Part shown: positions 17,419 to 25,399 of the stretch, one piece after another
Layout of the letters: each line of letters opens with the position of its first letter
Position numbering within the stretch: the first letter of the stretch is position 1
Assembly (NCBI GenBank): GCA_946414625.1
Contig: CAMKPI010000001.1
Span: forward strand, 1 to 32,162
Direction of reading: 5' to 3'
Length of the DNA stretch: 32,162 nucleotides
Source of the DNA: an uncultured Spirochaetaceae bacterium
Lineage (GTDB): Bacteria; Spirochaetota; Spirochaetia; Sphaerochaetales; Sphaerochaetaceae
Made by a program: the position numbers and the translations under genes
The notes under the pieces: model-generated
Told to the model about the DNA's origin: nothing
Database searches by the model: none
What the model saw: only the letters and a program-made list of their open reading frames with translations

Positions 17419-19776
17419 ATGAAACACCGAATCCAGATAAAAGCATCCGAACTCTCAATCATCGAGAACATAACGCAAAAGCTCCTCTCCCCGTTCAATC
17501 CGGACGACAAAACAATAAAAACAGGGGAGCTGCTTCTTGAGGAGCTCTCCGTCATCCTCTCTGAGAACCTGGACGACAACACCCCGGTATGCGTCTCGAC
17601 GCATAAACACATGGGGAAAATCTGCCTGGAAATAAAAACCGAAGCGGAGAACAACTTTCTACAGGATTTCAGCCCAAAAACGGAACAGGAAGAAGCCATA
17701 CGCCCCGAAAAGAGCGGGAAAAGCAACGTGGGCGACGAATCCCCGGCCCCCAGGAAAACTCCCCGTCCCGACACCTCCCAGGAATCCGCGGAAGACTTGC
17801 AGAAGCGCGAAGTAGAGGAGAAAATCCGCAACGTCATCCTCAAATCCTATTCCAGCCTCATAGCCGTGAAATACAACCCCCGCCGTAAAACCATGAAAAT
17901 CAGGCTCAATCTCGGTCTCAAAAAAAGAAAAAGAGACTACAGCGGGGAGCTTGAGAATTTCTATTCAGCCTCCAAAGGATCCCCACCCTCGACAGGCCGT
18001 CAACTACGCTTCATCTTCAGGCAACACGCTTTTGCGTTCTTTGTCTCGTTCCTCATCAAGGCGGGCAGATCCGCCCCCATGGTGGTGATCCCAATAGCCA
18101 GCTCGAACATAATCGACATAGTAGCTTACCGCGGAGGCATCGTTGAAAACCTTTCTACGTTCATCGCAAACCTCGGCATCGCCACAGCCTCCCTTCTCAT
18201 GAACATACTCTTCTCGTATCTGGAAGCCGTCTACTTTCGCTCCCTGACACGCGGAATCGGTGCGGATCTTCGAAACGCGATGGTATGGAAACTCCAGAAG
18301 CTCTCACTCTCATACCACGGCAGGACACAGACAGGCGTCATCACCAACAAGATGATGAACAACATAGAACTTCTAGAAGTCTCGATCCAGCATCTCTTCG
18401 GCCATTTTTCCATAATCATGACGTACGTCATCGCCGCAATCACAGTCACTCTCGTATACAGCCCTGCCATGTCGCTGTTCTACGTCCTGTTCATCCCGAT
18501 CTCGATGTTCCTCACCTACACTTTCCGTAAGCCCATAAGCAAGGTGAACAGGGCGCTCAGGAAAAACATGGAAGGAGCGAGCGCGGCAGTGACGGAAATG
18601 CTGGGTATGGTTGAGACAACCCGCGCCCATGGGCTGGAGAAAAACGAGATAGAGCGTATGAGTGGCTACGTTGAAAACATCCACTCCACCGGACGCCGCC
18701 TGGACGTGGTGAGCGAAGTGTTCAGCTCGATCAGCTGGGTAAACCTGCAATTCTTCCAGCTCTCCACCCTTGCGTTCTCCGCATACCTCGCAAGCAAAAA
18801 CATCATTTCAATCGGCGCGATTGCGCTCTTCCAGTCGTACTTTTCCGCAACCGTGACAAGGCTGTCCACCTTCATGAACACAATCCCGCAAATTTCGAAA
18901 GGAATCGAAGCCTGCTCAAGCATTGCCGAGGTGCTCTCCGCCGATGATGACGAACGCAAGGGAACAAAGGTCCCGCACCGGTTCCTGGGCTGCATTGAAT
19001 TCAAAAACGTCAGCTTCAAATATTCGAAGAACTCCCGAAACATCCTGAACGGCTTCTCTCTTCGCATTCCGCAGGGCACAAGCCTCGCTCTGGTCGGCCC
19101 GTCCGGCTCCGGCAAATCCACCCTGATAAACCTTATCCTCGGCTTTTCCATGCCCACCACAGGCACAGTTGAGGTAGACGGGGTGAACTTAGAGGAAATG
19201 GATCTTACGAGATATCGCAAACACGTCGCATTCGTACCGCAGCACACCGTATTGTTCTCAGGAACTCTCCTTGAGAACCTGACCTACGGCACACCGTACG
19301 TACCCGTCTCCAGAGTCATGGAGCTGCTCGACGCGGTAGGTCTTGGCGGCTATGTGAGAAGCCTTCCCGGCGGGATTTTTTCCTACGTTGAGGAATCCGG
19401 AACAAACCTTTCCGGCGGTCAAAAACAAAGACTCGCCCTTGTGCGCGCGCTGCTGCGAGATGCGTCTATCATAATACTGGACGAACCCACCAGCGCTCTC
19501 GACCGCGAGAATGAACTGCGCGTCAGGGAAATTCTTCGGAAGATAAACGGCACCTGCACCATCGTCATGATTGCCCATAGACTGGACACAATCAAGAATT
19601 TCGACAACATTGTGGTGCTTGAAGAAGGAAAAATCGCCGAACAGGGAACATACAAAGACCTGTCGACACATAACGGTGCGTTCCAGAGACTACGGGAAGG
19701 CATCGCAGCTCAACCCAATGAAAAAAAGGAGACAGAAGCAGCGGAATCTCAAAATGAAACACCCGCGCACCTTTAG
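17419..19776 (+). CDS. ABC exporter (fused permease + ATPase) with ~200-aa N-terminal extension
   Basis: 785 aa from ATG 17419 (the frame is open from 17347). A TM domain is followed by an NBD with Walker A GPSGSGKST, signature LSGGQKQR, Walker B IIILDEPTSALD and H-loop IAHRL. Confidence 0.9.
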   Translation: MKHRIQIKASELSIIENITQKLLSPFNPDDKTIKTGELLLEELSVILSENLDDNTPVCVSTHKHMGKICLEIKTEAENNFLQDFSPKTEQEEAIRPEKSGKSNVGDESPAPRKTPRPDTSQESAEDLQKREVEEKIRNVILKSYSSLIAVKYNPRRKTMKIRLNLGLKKRKRDYSGELENFYSASKGSPPSTGRQLRFIFRQHAFAFFVSFLIKAGRSAPMVVIPIASSNIIDIVAYRGGIVENLSTFIANLGIATASLLMNILFSYLEAVYFRSLTRGIGADLRNAMVWKLQKLSLSYHGRTQTGVITNKMMNNIELLEVSIQHLFGHFSIIMTYVIAAITVTLVYSPAMSLFYVLFIPISMFLTYTFRKPISKVNRALRKNMEGASAAVTEMLGMVETTRAHGLEKNEIERMSGYVENIHSTGRRLDVVSEVFSSISWVNLQFFQLSTLAFSAYLASKNIISIGAIALFQSYFSATVTRLSTFMNTIPQISKGIEACSSIAEVLSADDDERKGTKVPHRFLGCIEFKNVSFKYSKNSRNILNGFSLRIPQGTSLALVGPSGSGKSTLINLILGFSMPTTGTVEVDGVNLEEMDLTRYRKHVAFVPQHTVLFSGTLLENLTYGTPYVPVSRVMELLDAVGLGGYVRSLPGGIFSYVEESGTNLSGGQKQRLALVRALLRDASIIILDEPTSALDRENELRVREILRKINGTCTIVMIAHRLDTIKNFDNIVVLEEGKIAEQGTYKDLSTHNGAFQRLREGIAAQPNEKKETEAAESQNETPAHL

Positions 19777-19805
19777 ATACTGCAAGAAAGGGAGAAAAAA
19801 GGCCC

Positions 19806-20666
19806 TTACACCAAACCGAGACGAGTGAACATTTTTGAGATTCCGTCCTCATCTACCGGAGGACAAATCAAATCACTTCTCTCCTTCAAATACGGACTGC
19901 CTCCCTTCATGCAGACAGACGTGCCAACCGAGAGTATCATCTCCAGGTCGTTCATGCTGTCGCCGAAACCTATCGTGTCACTCATCGGCGCGCCAAAATA
20001 CTCTGCAACAAGACGCACGCCCCTGCCCTTGTCGTACGTTCTTCTCATGATCTCACCATTGATGCACCCATGGGACGCTACGCTCTGCATCACAAAACTA
20101 TACCTGTCTCCCAAGGCATTACGGATGCCATTCAACTGTTCTTCCTGAAGACACAAAAACACGATCTTGTATATACACCTGCCGTCATACTCCGCCATCG
20201 GACGTATGTCGAAACTATTCAGAAGTGCGTGCCTCCACCTCTCCAATTCGCTGTTAATCGCGCTTCTGGAAGAGAGGAACACGTCGAGTCCGGCGTCCCA
20301 GTAGGTCGCATCCAGAGCCTCAATCGTCCGGTACACCCCGGCTTCTCCCAAAAGCTGCATTGCAAGTCTGAAATCCTCTTCAGGCATCGGAGAATCGAAC
20401 AGAACCTTAGCTATCCGGCTGTCCTCGCCGTTGTCCCGCCCGTTTTCATCATAGACAAACACATAGCCGCCCGAACTGCACACCGCTCCGTCAAAGCCGT
20501 ATTTCAAAATAGGGCTTGCCATCGAGACATTGCGCCCTGTACAGAGAAGAACCTTGTTTCCGTTCTTTTGCGCGGCGCGGACGGCTTCAAGTGCGCTCTG
20601 TGGAGGAGTGTTGCTTCCCGGCAAGGCAAGAGTTCCGTCTATATCCAAAAAAACAATTTTCCCCAT
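19806..20666 (-). CDS. Cof-type HAD-IIB family phosphatase
   Basis: MGKIVFLDIDGTL (motif I), LCTGR and GFGDSMNDLEM (motif IV). The start is preceded by AAGGAG. Confidence 0.88.
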   Translation of the reverse strand: MGKIVFLDIDGTLALPGSNTPPQSALEAVRAAQKNGNKVLLCTGRNVSMASPILKYGFDGAVCSSGGYVFVYDENGRDNGEDSRIAKVLFDSPMPEEDFRLAMQLLGEAGVYRTIEALDATYWDAGLDVFLSSRSAINSELERWRHALLNSFDIRPMAEYDGRCIYKIVFLCLQEEQLNGIRNALGDRYSFVMQSVASHGCINGEIMRRTYDKGRGVRLVAEYFGAPMSDTIGFGDSMNDLEMILSVGTSVCMKGGSPYLKERSDLICPPVDEDGISKMFTRLGLV

Positions 20667-20786
20667 AATTCACTCCTTACCCCGCTTCGGTGAGCATGTC
20701 ATAATCCGGCATTCGAGCGAAAACAGAACCAGATGCAGCCGCTCATGATAATTATGCAGAAAACACATCGCGTCGCACAGCGTTTT

Positions 20787-20816
20787 CAAAAAAACGGAGC
20801 CGGAATAAACCAGCCC
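20787..20816 (-). terminator. intrinsic terminator after rubrerythrin
   Basis: The minus-strand RNA GGGGCUGG-UUUAUU-CCGGCUCC forms 8 bp (two G-U) followed by GUUUUUUUG. It lies ~55 nt after the rbr stop. Confidence 0.7.
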
Positions 20817-20871
20817 CGCACCACAGAACCCCTAAGTCTTGCAAGCCGCAATTCAACAGGCCAGCGAGGCG

Positions 20872-21411
20872 TCAATAGTTCTCAGCATTCACCTCGAAAT
20901 AGCTCTGAGGATGGGCACAAACGGGACAGGTCTCCGGCGCTTTTGTGCCAACCACGATATGCCCGCAGTTCCGACACTCCCAGACCTTCACTTCGCTCTT
21001 TTCAAACACCGCCGCCGTCTCAACATTCTTCAAAAGTGCCCTGTAACGCTCCTCGTGATGCTTTTCAATCGCACCGACAAGGCGAAACTTCTCCGCAAGC
21101 TCTGGGAAACCCTCCGCCTCAGCCGTTTTTGCAAAACCCTCGTACATATCGGTCCACTCGTAATTCTCTCCATCCGCCGCTGCGGCAAGATTCTCCGCCG
21201 TGCTTCCGATTCCGGAGAGCTCCTTGAACCACATCTTGGCATGTTCCTTCTCGTTCTCAGCGGTTTTCAGGAACAGGGCTGAAATCTGCTCGTAGCCGTC
21301 CTTTTTTGCCCTCGACGCAAAGTATGTGTACTTATTCCTCGCCTGAGACTCTCCCGCAAACGCTGCCTCCAGGTTCTTCTCCGTCTGTGTTCCTGCATAT
21401 TTATTTGCCAT
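20872..21411 (-). CDS. rbr: rubrerythrin
   Basis: Trimmed to ATG 21411 ([28 protein letters not shown]...), which is preceded by GGAGGA. It has diiron helices ([18 protein letters not shown]) and a C-terminal rubredoxin CRNCGH...CPVCAH. Confidence 0.93.
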   Translation of the reverse strand: MANKYAGTQTEKNLEAAFAGESQARNKYTYFASRAKKDGYEQISALFLKTAENEKEHAKMWFKELSGIGSTAENLAAAADGENYEWTDMYEGFAKTAEAEGFPELAEKFRLVGAIEKHHEERYRALLKNVETAAVFEKSEVKVWECRNCGHIVVGTKAPETCPVCAHPQSYFEVNAENY

Positions 21412-21472
21412 AATTCCTCCTCTGAAAGCCGGCGTACCGGAAAAACGCTTGGTCCTGCGTTTCATCCGACAC

Positions 21473-21685
21473 CAGGCGGCTCCGACATAGTCCAAATCCG
21501 AACTAAACAAAACCGCATAGCGCGCGCTTCACCTGCCCCCGGCGGCTCCGCCATAGTCCGGATCCAAACAAGACAATCCGCATAGCGTGGATTTTTCACA
21601 CCCCGCCGGCTCCACCATAGTCCGGATCCAAACAAGACAGTCCGCATTGCGTGCGTTTTTCCCGATCCCGCCGGCTCTGCCTCAT
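21473..21685. repeat. ~65-bp tandem repeat, about 3.3 units
   Basis: The unit landmark GGCTCC occurs at 21478, 21544, 21608 and 21673. Units 2 and 3 are nearly identical over ~45 nt. Confidence 0.85.
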
Positions 21686-21898
21686 TTAAACTTTATAAAA
21701 TTCTATATTTTCAAACAGCGAATTTCAACGTATATCTATATCTCAGTATCTCAGTATCTCACTAATCCACTTCAAATTCCACACAGCGTAGGATTATACC
21801 TCACAGCGAGAAGACCCGCCGCACTACTATTGTTTTCCGTTTCCAAAATCCTCACAAAAAAGTGGCGCACTCAATGGATCCGTTATATCATTCAAATC

Positions 21899-22261
21899 AT
21901 GATAACTGTTTACTGCTACGATAAATGCACAACATGCAAGAAAAGCCTCGCTTGGCTTGACGAACACGGATTCACCTACAAAAAAATCGACATAAAAGGC
22001 AACCGGCCATCCGAGGAGTTGCTACGAAGCCTCCATGCCAAATCCGGACTGCCTTTGAAACGATTCTTCAACACCAGCGGTCTTTTATACAAAGAACTAG
22101 AGCTCTCAAAACGCCTGCCGGAAATAAACGAAAATGAACAGTTCAGCCTCCTCGCGTCGGACGGAATGCTGATTAAACGTCCTCTGCTTTTCACGGAAAA
22201 CAAAGCCTGGCCCGGGTTCAAAGAAGAAGAATGGGAGCGAATCCTCGCGGACGAGAAGTAG
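21899..22261 (+). CDS. ArsC/Spx-family thioredoxin-fold protein
   Basis: Trimmed to ATG 21899: MITVYCYDKCTTCKKSLAWLDEHGFTYKKIDI...MLIKRPLL. It has an N-terminal CxxC, is 120 aa long and follows the ArsC-family pattern. Confidence 0.8.
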   Translation: MITVYCYDKCTTCKKSLAWLDEHGFTYKKIDIKGNRPSEELLRSLHAKSGLPLKRFFNTSGLLYKELELSKRLPEINENEQFSLLASDGMLIKRPLLFTENKAWPGFKEEEWERILADEK

Positions 22262-22295
22262 CGCACTAGCAGCGTTGGCGCGGCTTTGCGCATTC

Positions 22296-22449
22296 TCGTC
22301 GTCTGCGGCGGCTCCATGCGATTAGGAAGCTACACGTGTCGGATTCTGCCTGCAATTTCTCAACGCCTGCGGCTGTTATTTATCCATCCCTTGAATTGTT
22401 GGCTCGGCGGTAATACAAATCCTGCAATTTCTCAACGTCTGCGGTTGTT
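22296..22449. repeat. three direct copies (64- and 72-bp spacing); the last contains the peptidase stop codon
   Basis: CCTGCAATTTCTCAACGCCTGCGGCTGTT (22349-22377) differs from CCTGCAATTTCTCAACGTCTGCGGTTGTT (22421-22449) at 2 positions. A weaker copy, CTCGTCGTCTGCGGCGGCT, lies at 22296. Confidence 0.8.
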
Positions 22450-23142
22450 GCTGCTCCCACTCACAATCACAAGGAACCGCAAAAGCTGTCCGAGAGAAGA
22501 TGCAAGAGCTGCCACATATGTCATTGCAGCCGCCGTCAGCACCTTTTTTGCCCCATCGTACTCGCTACTGTCCAATAAACCAAGAGTCTTGATTTGGTTC
22601 AGCGCACGGCGAGACGCATCAAGCTCCACCGGCAGAGTGACGAGCTGAAACAATGTGGACAAGCCAAAAAGCGCCACCCCGACGTAGGCAAGCATTGTAA
22701 AATAGTAGGAAACAGAAGAGAGCACAATGCCGAGAATTATCAGAGGAATCGCAAGCTTCGACCCGAAATTCGTGATCGGGATAATCGCCATGCGAAGCTT
22801 TATCATCGAATAACCCGTGGCATGCTGAATGGCGTGTCCGCACTCGTGACAAGCCACCCCTATCGCCGCGGTTGTGCTTTTGCCATAAACGCTGTCGGAC
22901 AGCCGCACGACATTCGACGTTGGATCGTAGTGGTCTGTAAGCGATCCGGATATATGCTCAATCGACACACCCGAAAGCCCGTTCGCATCCAGCATCCTCC
23001 GGGCAATCTCTGCGCCGGTCTGCCTGCTGTGTGTATAAACCCCGCTGTAACGCTTGAATGTCGAATTCACCTTGCTGCTGGCCCACATCGCGAACAGCAT
23101 GGGCGGCAGCACAAAAACCAAATATGTCCAATCAAGATACAT
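22432..23142 (-). CDS. YugP-type membrane zinc metallopeptidase
   Basis: 236 aa with HECGHAIQH (HExxH). It is collinear with B. subtilis YugP as I recall it (DANGL..V......L.DHYDP......LS..V). Confidence 0.85.
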   Translation of the reverse strand: MYLDWTYLVFVLPPMLFAMWASSKVNSTFKRYSGVYTHSRQTGAEIARRMLDANGLSGVSIEHISGSLTDHYDPTSNVVRLSDSVYGKSTTAAIGVACHECGHAIQHATGYSMIKLRMAIIPITNFGSKLAIPLIILGIVLSSVSYYFTMLAYVGVALFGLSTLFQLVTLPVELDASRRALNQIKTLGLLDSSEYDGAKKVLTAAAMTYVAALASSLGQLLRFLVIVSGSSNNRRR

Positions 23143-23198
23143 AGCAAAACCTCGCAGTCTATATTTTTACAAAACCACAGAACCCGTCCCCGTACGCC

Positions 23199-23305
23199 GA
23201 ATCACAACAACCTGCAAACAGGAAAGCGAACAGCGACAATTCCGCCCGTCGTGCGATCCTTAAGATGAATCACAGCGACCTGCAAAGAAGGAAAGCAAAC
23301 AAGGC
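23199..23305. repeat. 68-bp-period duplication spanning the DUF92 stop codon
   Basis: GAATCACAACAACCTGCAAACAGGAAAGCGAACAGCG (from 23199) matches GAATCACAGCGACCTGCAAAGAAGGAAAGCAAACAAGGCG (from 23267, which contains the stop at 23270-23272). Confidence 0.75.
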
Positions 23306-24163
23306 GGAGAAAATGCCCGACAGCAGGTTCACAATGTCATTATCGAGCCACGCAAGCCCGCGCACCAGCGGCCGCTTGTTCCCTGCGCTGTCTGTGTCCT
23401 CCTCCGTCAGGGCGTTCGCCTCGACGTCGTGATAAATCGCCTGGAAAGTCGCCCCAAGATATGAATCTATCACACAACCCGCAAACCCCGAAAGAGAGAT
23501 AATCCAAAAAGAGAGCACTGGGAACTCTGTTCTGAAAAACAATACCCACAGAAGTGCTGTGGAAATGCTGCCCGCAAATCCTCCCGCAAAACCCAGAAGC
23601 GTCACTCCCCCGCTCATTCCGCGCGGCACTGGACGGAATGTTTTTATCGAGAACGGCGGACGGATCGACATGCGTCCGATCTCTCCCGCCCATGTGTCTG
23701 ATGCGGCTTCCGCGAGCGATGAGCCGAACACAATCAGCGCCGCTCGACTGCCGGTGTTGTAGTAATACAACGCGGACAGAATTGCCATCATGGCATTCGC
23801 AAGCACCTGCATCATGTCGCGTGTGTTGCCCTTTTTTTCTTTCACGGTTCCGGGATCCGATTCGTCCGCATTCATGAATCCCGATGCAGTCCCTTTCCGT
23901 CCGAGATTGCCCACTGTGTGGTTTTTTGCGTAGCGATGGATCACATATGCGGAAGCATAAAAGAAAAGGAGCAGAAGGAAGCCAAAAGGCCCGGCGCACC
24001 AAAAAATCACAACCCCGGTAAAAAACGCGGCGACAGCCCCGCTTGCCGAAAGATGCCTTCGTTTATACTCGAGGACAGGAAACGGCAGCATCACGGCAAG
24101 AACAATCAAAGCCCTGAAAACCCACGAGAGAGAAAAAAAAGCATCACCTATCCGATACAACAT
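23270..24163 (-). CDS. DUF92 / TMEM19 / VTE6-like integral membrane protein
   Basis: 297-aa multi-TM protein. Its motifs AEAASDTWAGEIG, GGVTLLGFAGGFAGS, DSYLGATFQ and LDNDIVNLLSG are as I recall for the DUF92 family. Confidence 0.82.
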   Translation of the reverse strand: MLYRIGDAFFSLSWVFRALIVLAVMLPFPVLEYKRRHLSASGAVAAFFTGVVIFWCAGPFGFLLLLFFYASAYVIHRYAKNHTVGNLGRKGTASGFMNADESDPGTVKEKKGNTRDMMQVLANAMMAILSALYYYNTGSRAALIVFGSSLAEAASDTWAGEIGRMSIRPPFSIKTFRPVPRGMSGGVTLLGFAGGFAGSISTALLWVLFFRTEFPVLSFWIISLSGFAGCVIDSYLGATFQAIYHDVEANALTEEDTDSAGNKRPLVRGLAWLDNDIVNLLSGIFSALFAFLLCRSL

Positions 24164-24279
24164 ATCCAGAATCTACCCCGCGGGAAAAATTCATGCAAGG
24201 AATGACCCGCAAATTTACACAACCCACAAAAATGTTCTCCTTCCTCCCAACCGAGACGGATCCGTTAAATCGCAAAACC

Positions 24280-24535
24280 GGTTCTCCCTGCATCCAGCAC
24301 CGTCCCAGGACTATCCCGCGACTTCCAGCGGCGCACCCGCGCATTTCAAGGTAGTGCCGCACCCTCGGACGATTCTCCCGTGCATTTCAGCGCCGTCCCG
24401 CACCGTCCGGCGGCGTTCCCGAGCTTTCCTAGGCAGTGCCGCTCACTCCGGCAACTCTCCCGAGCATTTCAGCGCCGTGCCACACGTACGTGAAAACTCT
24501 TACAGTTCTCTCACCCCAGCACCGCACACAGCGCG
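24280..24535. repeat. degenerate 41/82-bp tandem array reaching into the 3' end of the kinase-like gene
   Basis: The landmark GCATTTCA occurs at 24341 and 24382, GCATTTC at 24464, and the variant GCTTTCC at 24423. Two unit types alternate. GTTCTC...CCAGCACCG recurs at 24281-24302 and at 24505-24524, the latter inside the CDS end. Confidence 0.7.
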
Positions 24536-25137
24536 TAAATCGCAAGCGGAACACTGATATTATCCAACCCAAACGGAGTATATGCCTCCGCCACCGTCGC
24601 AACGATTGCGACAAGCACTGCGCCCCAAACAGGAACACAGCGGAACAACAAAACAACCAAAAGCGTCACGGCAAACATGCACGCAGAACCGGCAACGGTC
24701 TTTTTTTTGTTGAAAGGAAATTCTCGTTTTCCGAGCATCATACCAATCGGTGCGGAAAACCCGTCCGCATATCCCATTCCGAGCAGCCCCGCTCCGAGAC
24801 AATCCATCGAACCGAAGCCCGAGTCCTTCAGGAATAACATCAGCATTATTGAAATCGGAAAATACACCGTTCCCCAACTGCGGCGGCTCCCTGTTTTCAG
24901 CTCAACAAAATAATTCACAACCGCCATAAACGCCAGGATTCCAAAAGCCCAGGCTTCGCTTGTGAAAAACTCTCTGTAGATGAAGAACCAGTTGCTCACA
25001 CCTATGTGGACAAACTTTCTGGCAATCTCCCGCCTGAATTCCGTAAGCGGCCGTCTTTTTTTTATCAACACCGCCACGCCACCGCAAAACCCGATGAGAA
25101 GAGTCGTATATATCAATCCAACAACATTGCTATTCAT
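24511..25137 (-). CDS. CTP-dependent polyprenol (phytol/dolichol, VTE5/SEC59-like) kinase family membrane protein
   Basis: 208-aa multi-TM protein. RKFVHIG, YADGFSAPIGMMLG...KKKTVAGS and EAYTPFGLDN follow the motif order of the dolichol/phytol kinase branch of the CdsA-like superfamily. Confidence 0.7.
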   Translation of the reverse strand: MNSNVVGLIYTTLLIGFCGGVAVLIKKRRPLTEFRREIARKFVHIGVSNWFFIYREFFTSEAWAFGILAFMAVVNYFVELKTGSRRSWGTVYFPISIMLMLFLKDSGFGSMDCLGAGLLGMGYADGFSAPIGMMLGKREFPFNKKKTVAGSACMFAVTLLVVLLFRCVPVWGAVLVAIVATVAEAYTPFGLDNISVPLAIYALCAVLG

Positions 25138-25220
25138 AATCGAATTCCGTCTCCCGTCACGCCGGCTTCATTGCCCTGAGCCGGTTCCTTCCCCTCCGCC
25201 GCCGCGCTGTTTTCCGCTGA

Positions 25221-25399
25221 ATAGAGGCGCGTAGGCACTCTCTCTCGAATCCCTTACGTCGCAGGAAAGCTTTTCCCAAAGGCAAAGAATCCTGGCGCAT
25301 AGGCGCTCTCCCCAGGCGCTCCTTTACGCACAGAACTTCTTCTCCCGTAGATAAAAAACCAAGCTAATAGGCGCTCAGAACCGTTCCGACATATTCCCG
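25221..25399. repeat. 68-bp tandem repeat, about 2.6 units
   Basis: The landmark TAGGC occurs at 25232, 25300 and 25368. GGCGCGTAGGCACTCTC...CCCTTACGTCGCAGGAA matches GGCGCATAGGCGCTCTC...CCTTTACGCACAGAAC. Confidence 0.75.

Noticed and set aside
23340-24002. The 220-aa alternative-frame ORF on the minus strand inside the DUF92 gene, and similar alternative frames: 4461..4811 in secY, 24560..24877 in the kinase-like gene, and 12547..12962 in rplB.
   Set aside because: They are overlapping out-of-frame ORFs with Arg/Gly/Cys-rich compositions. The annotated frames carry the conserved family motifs.
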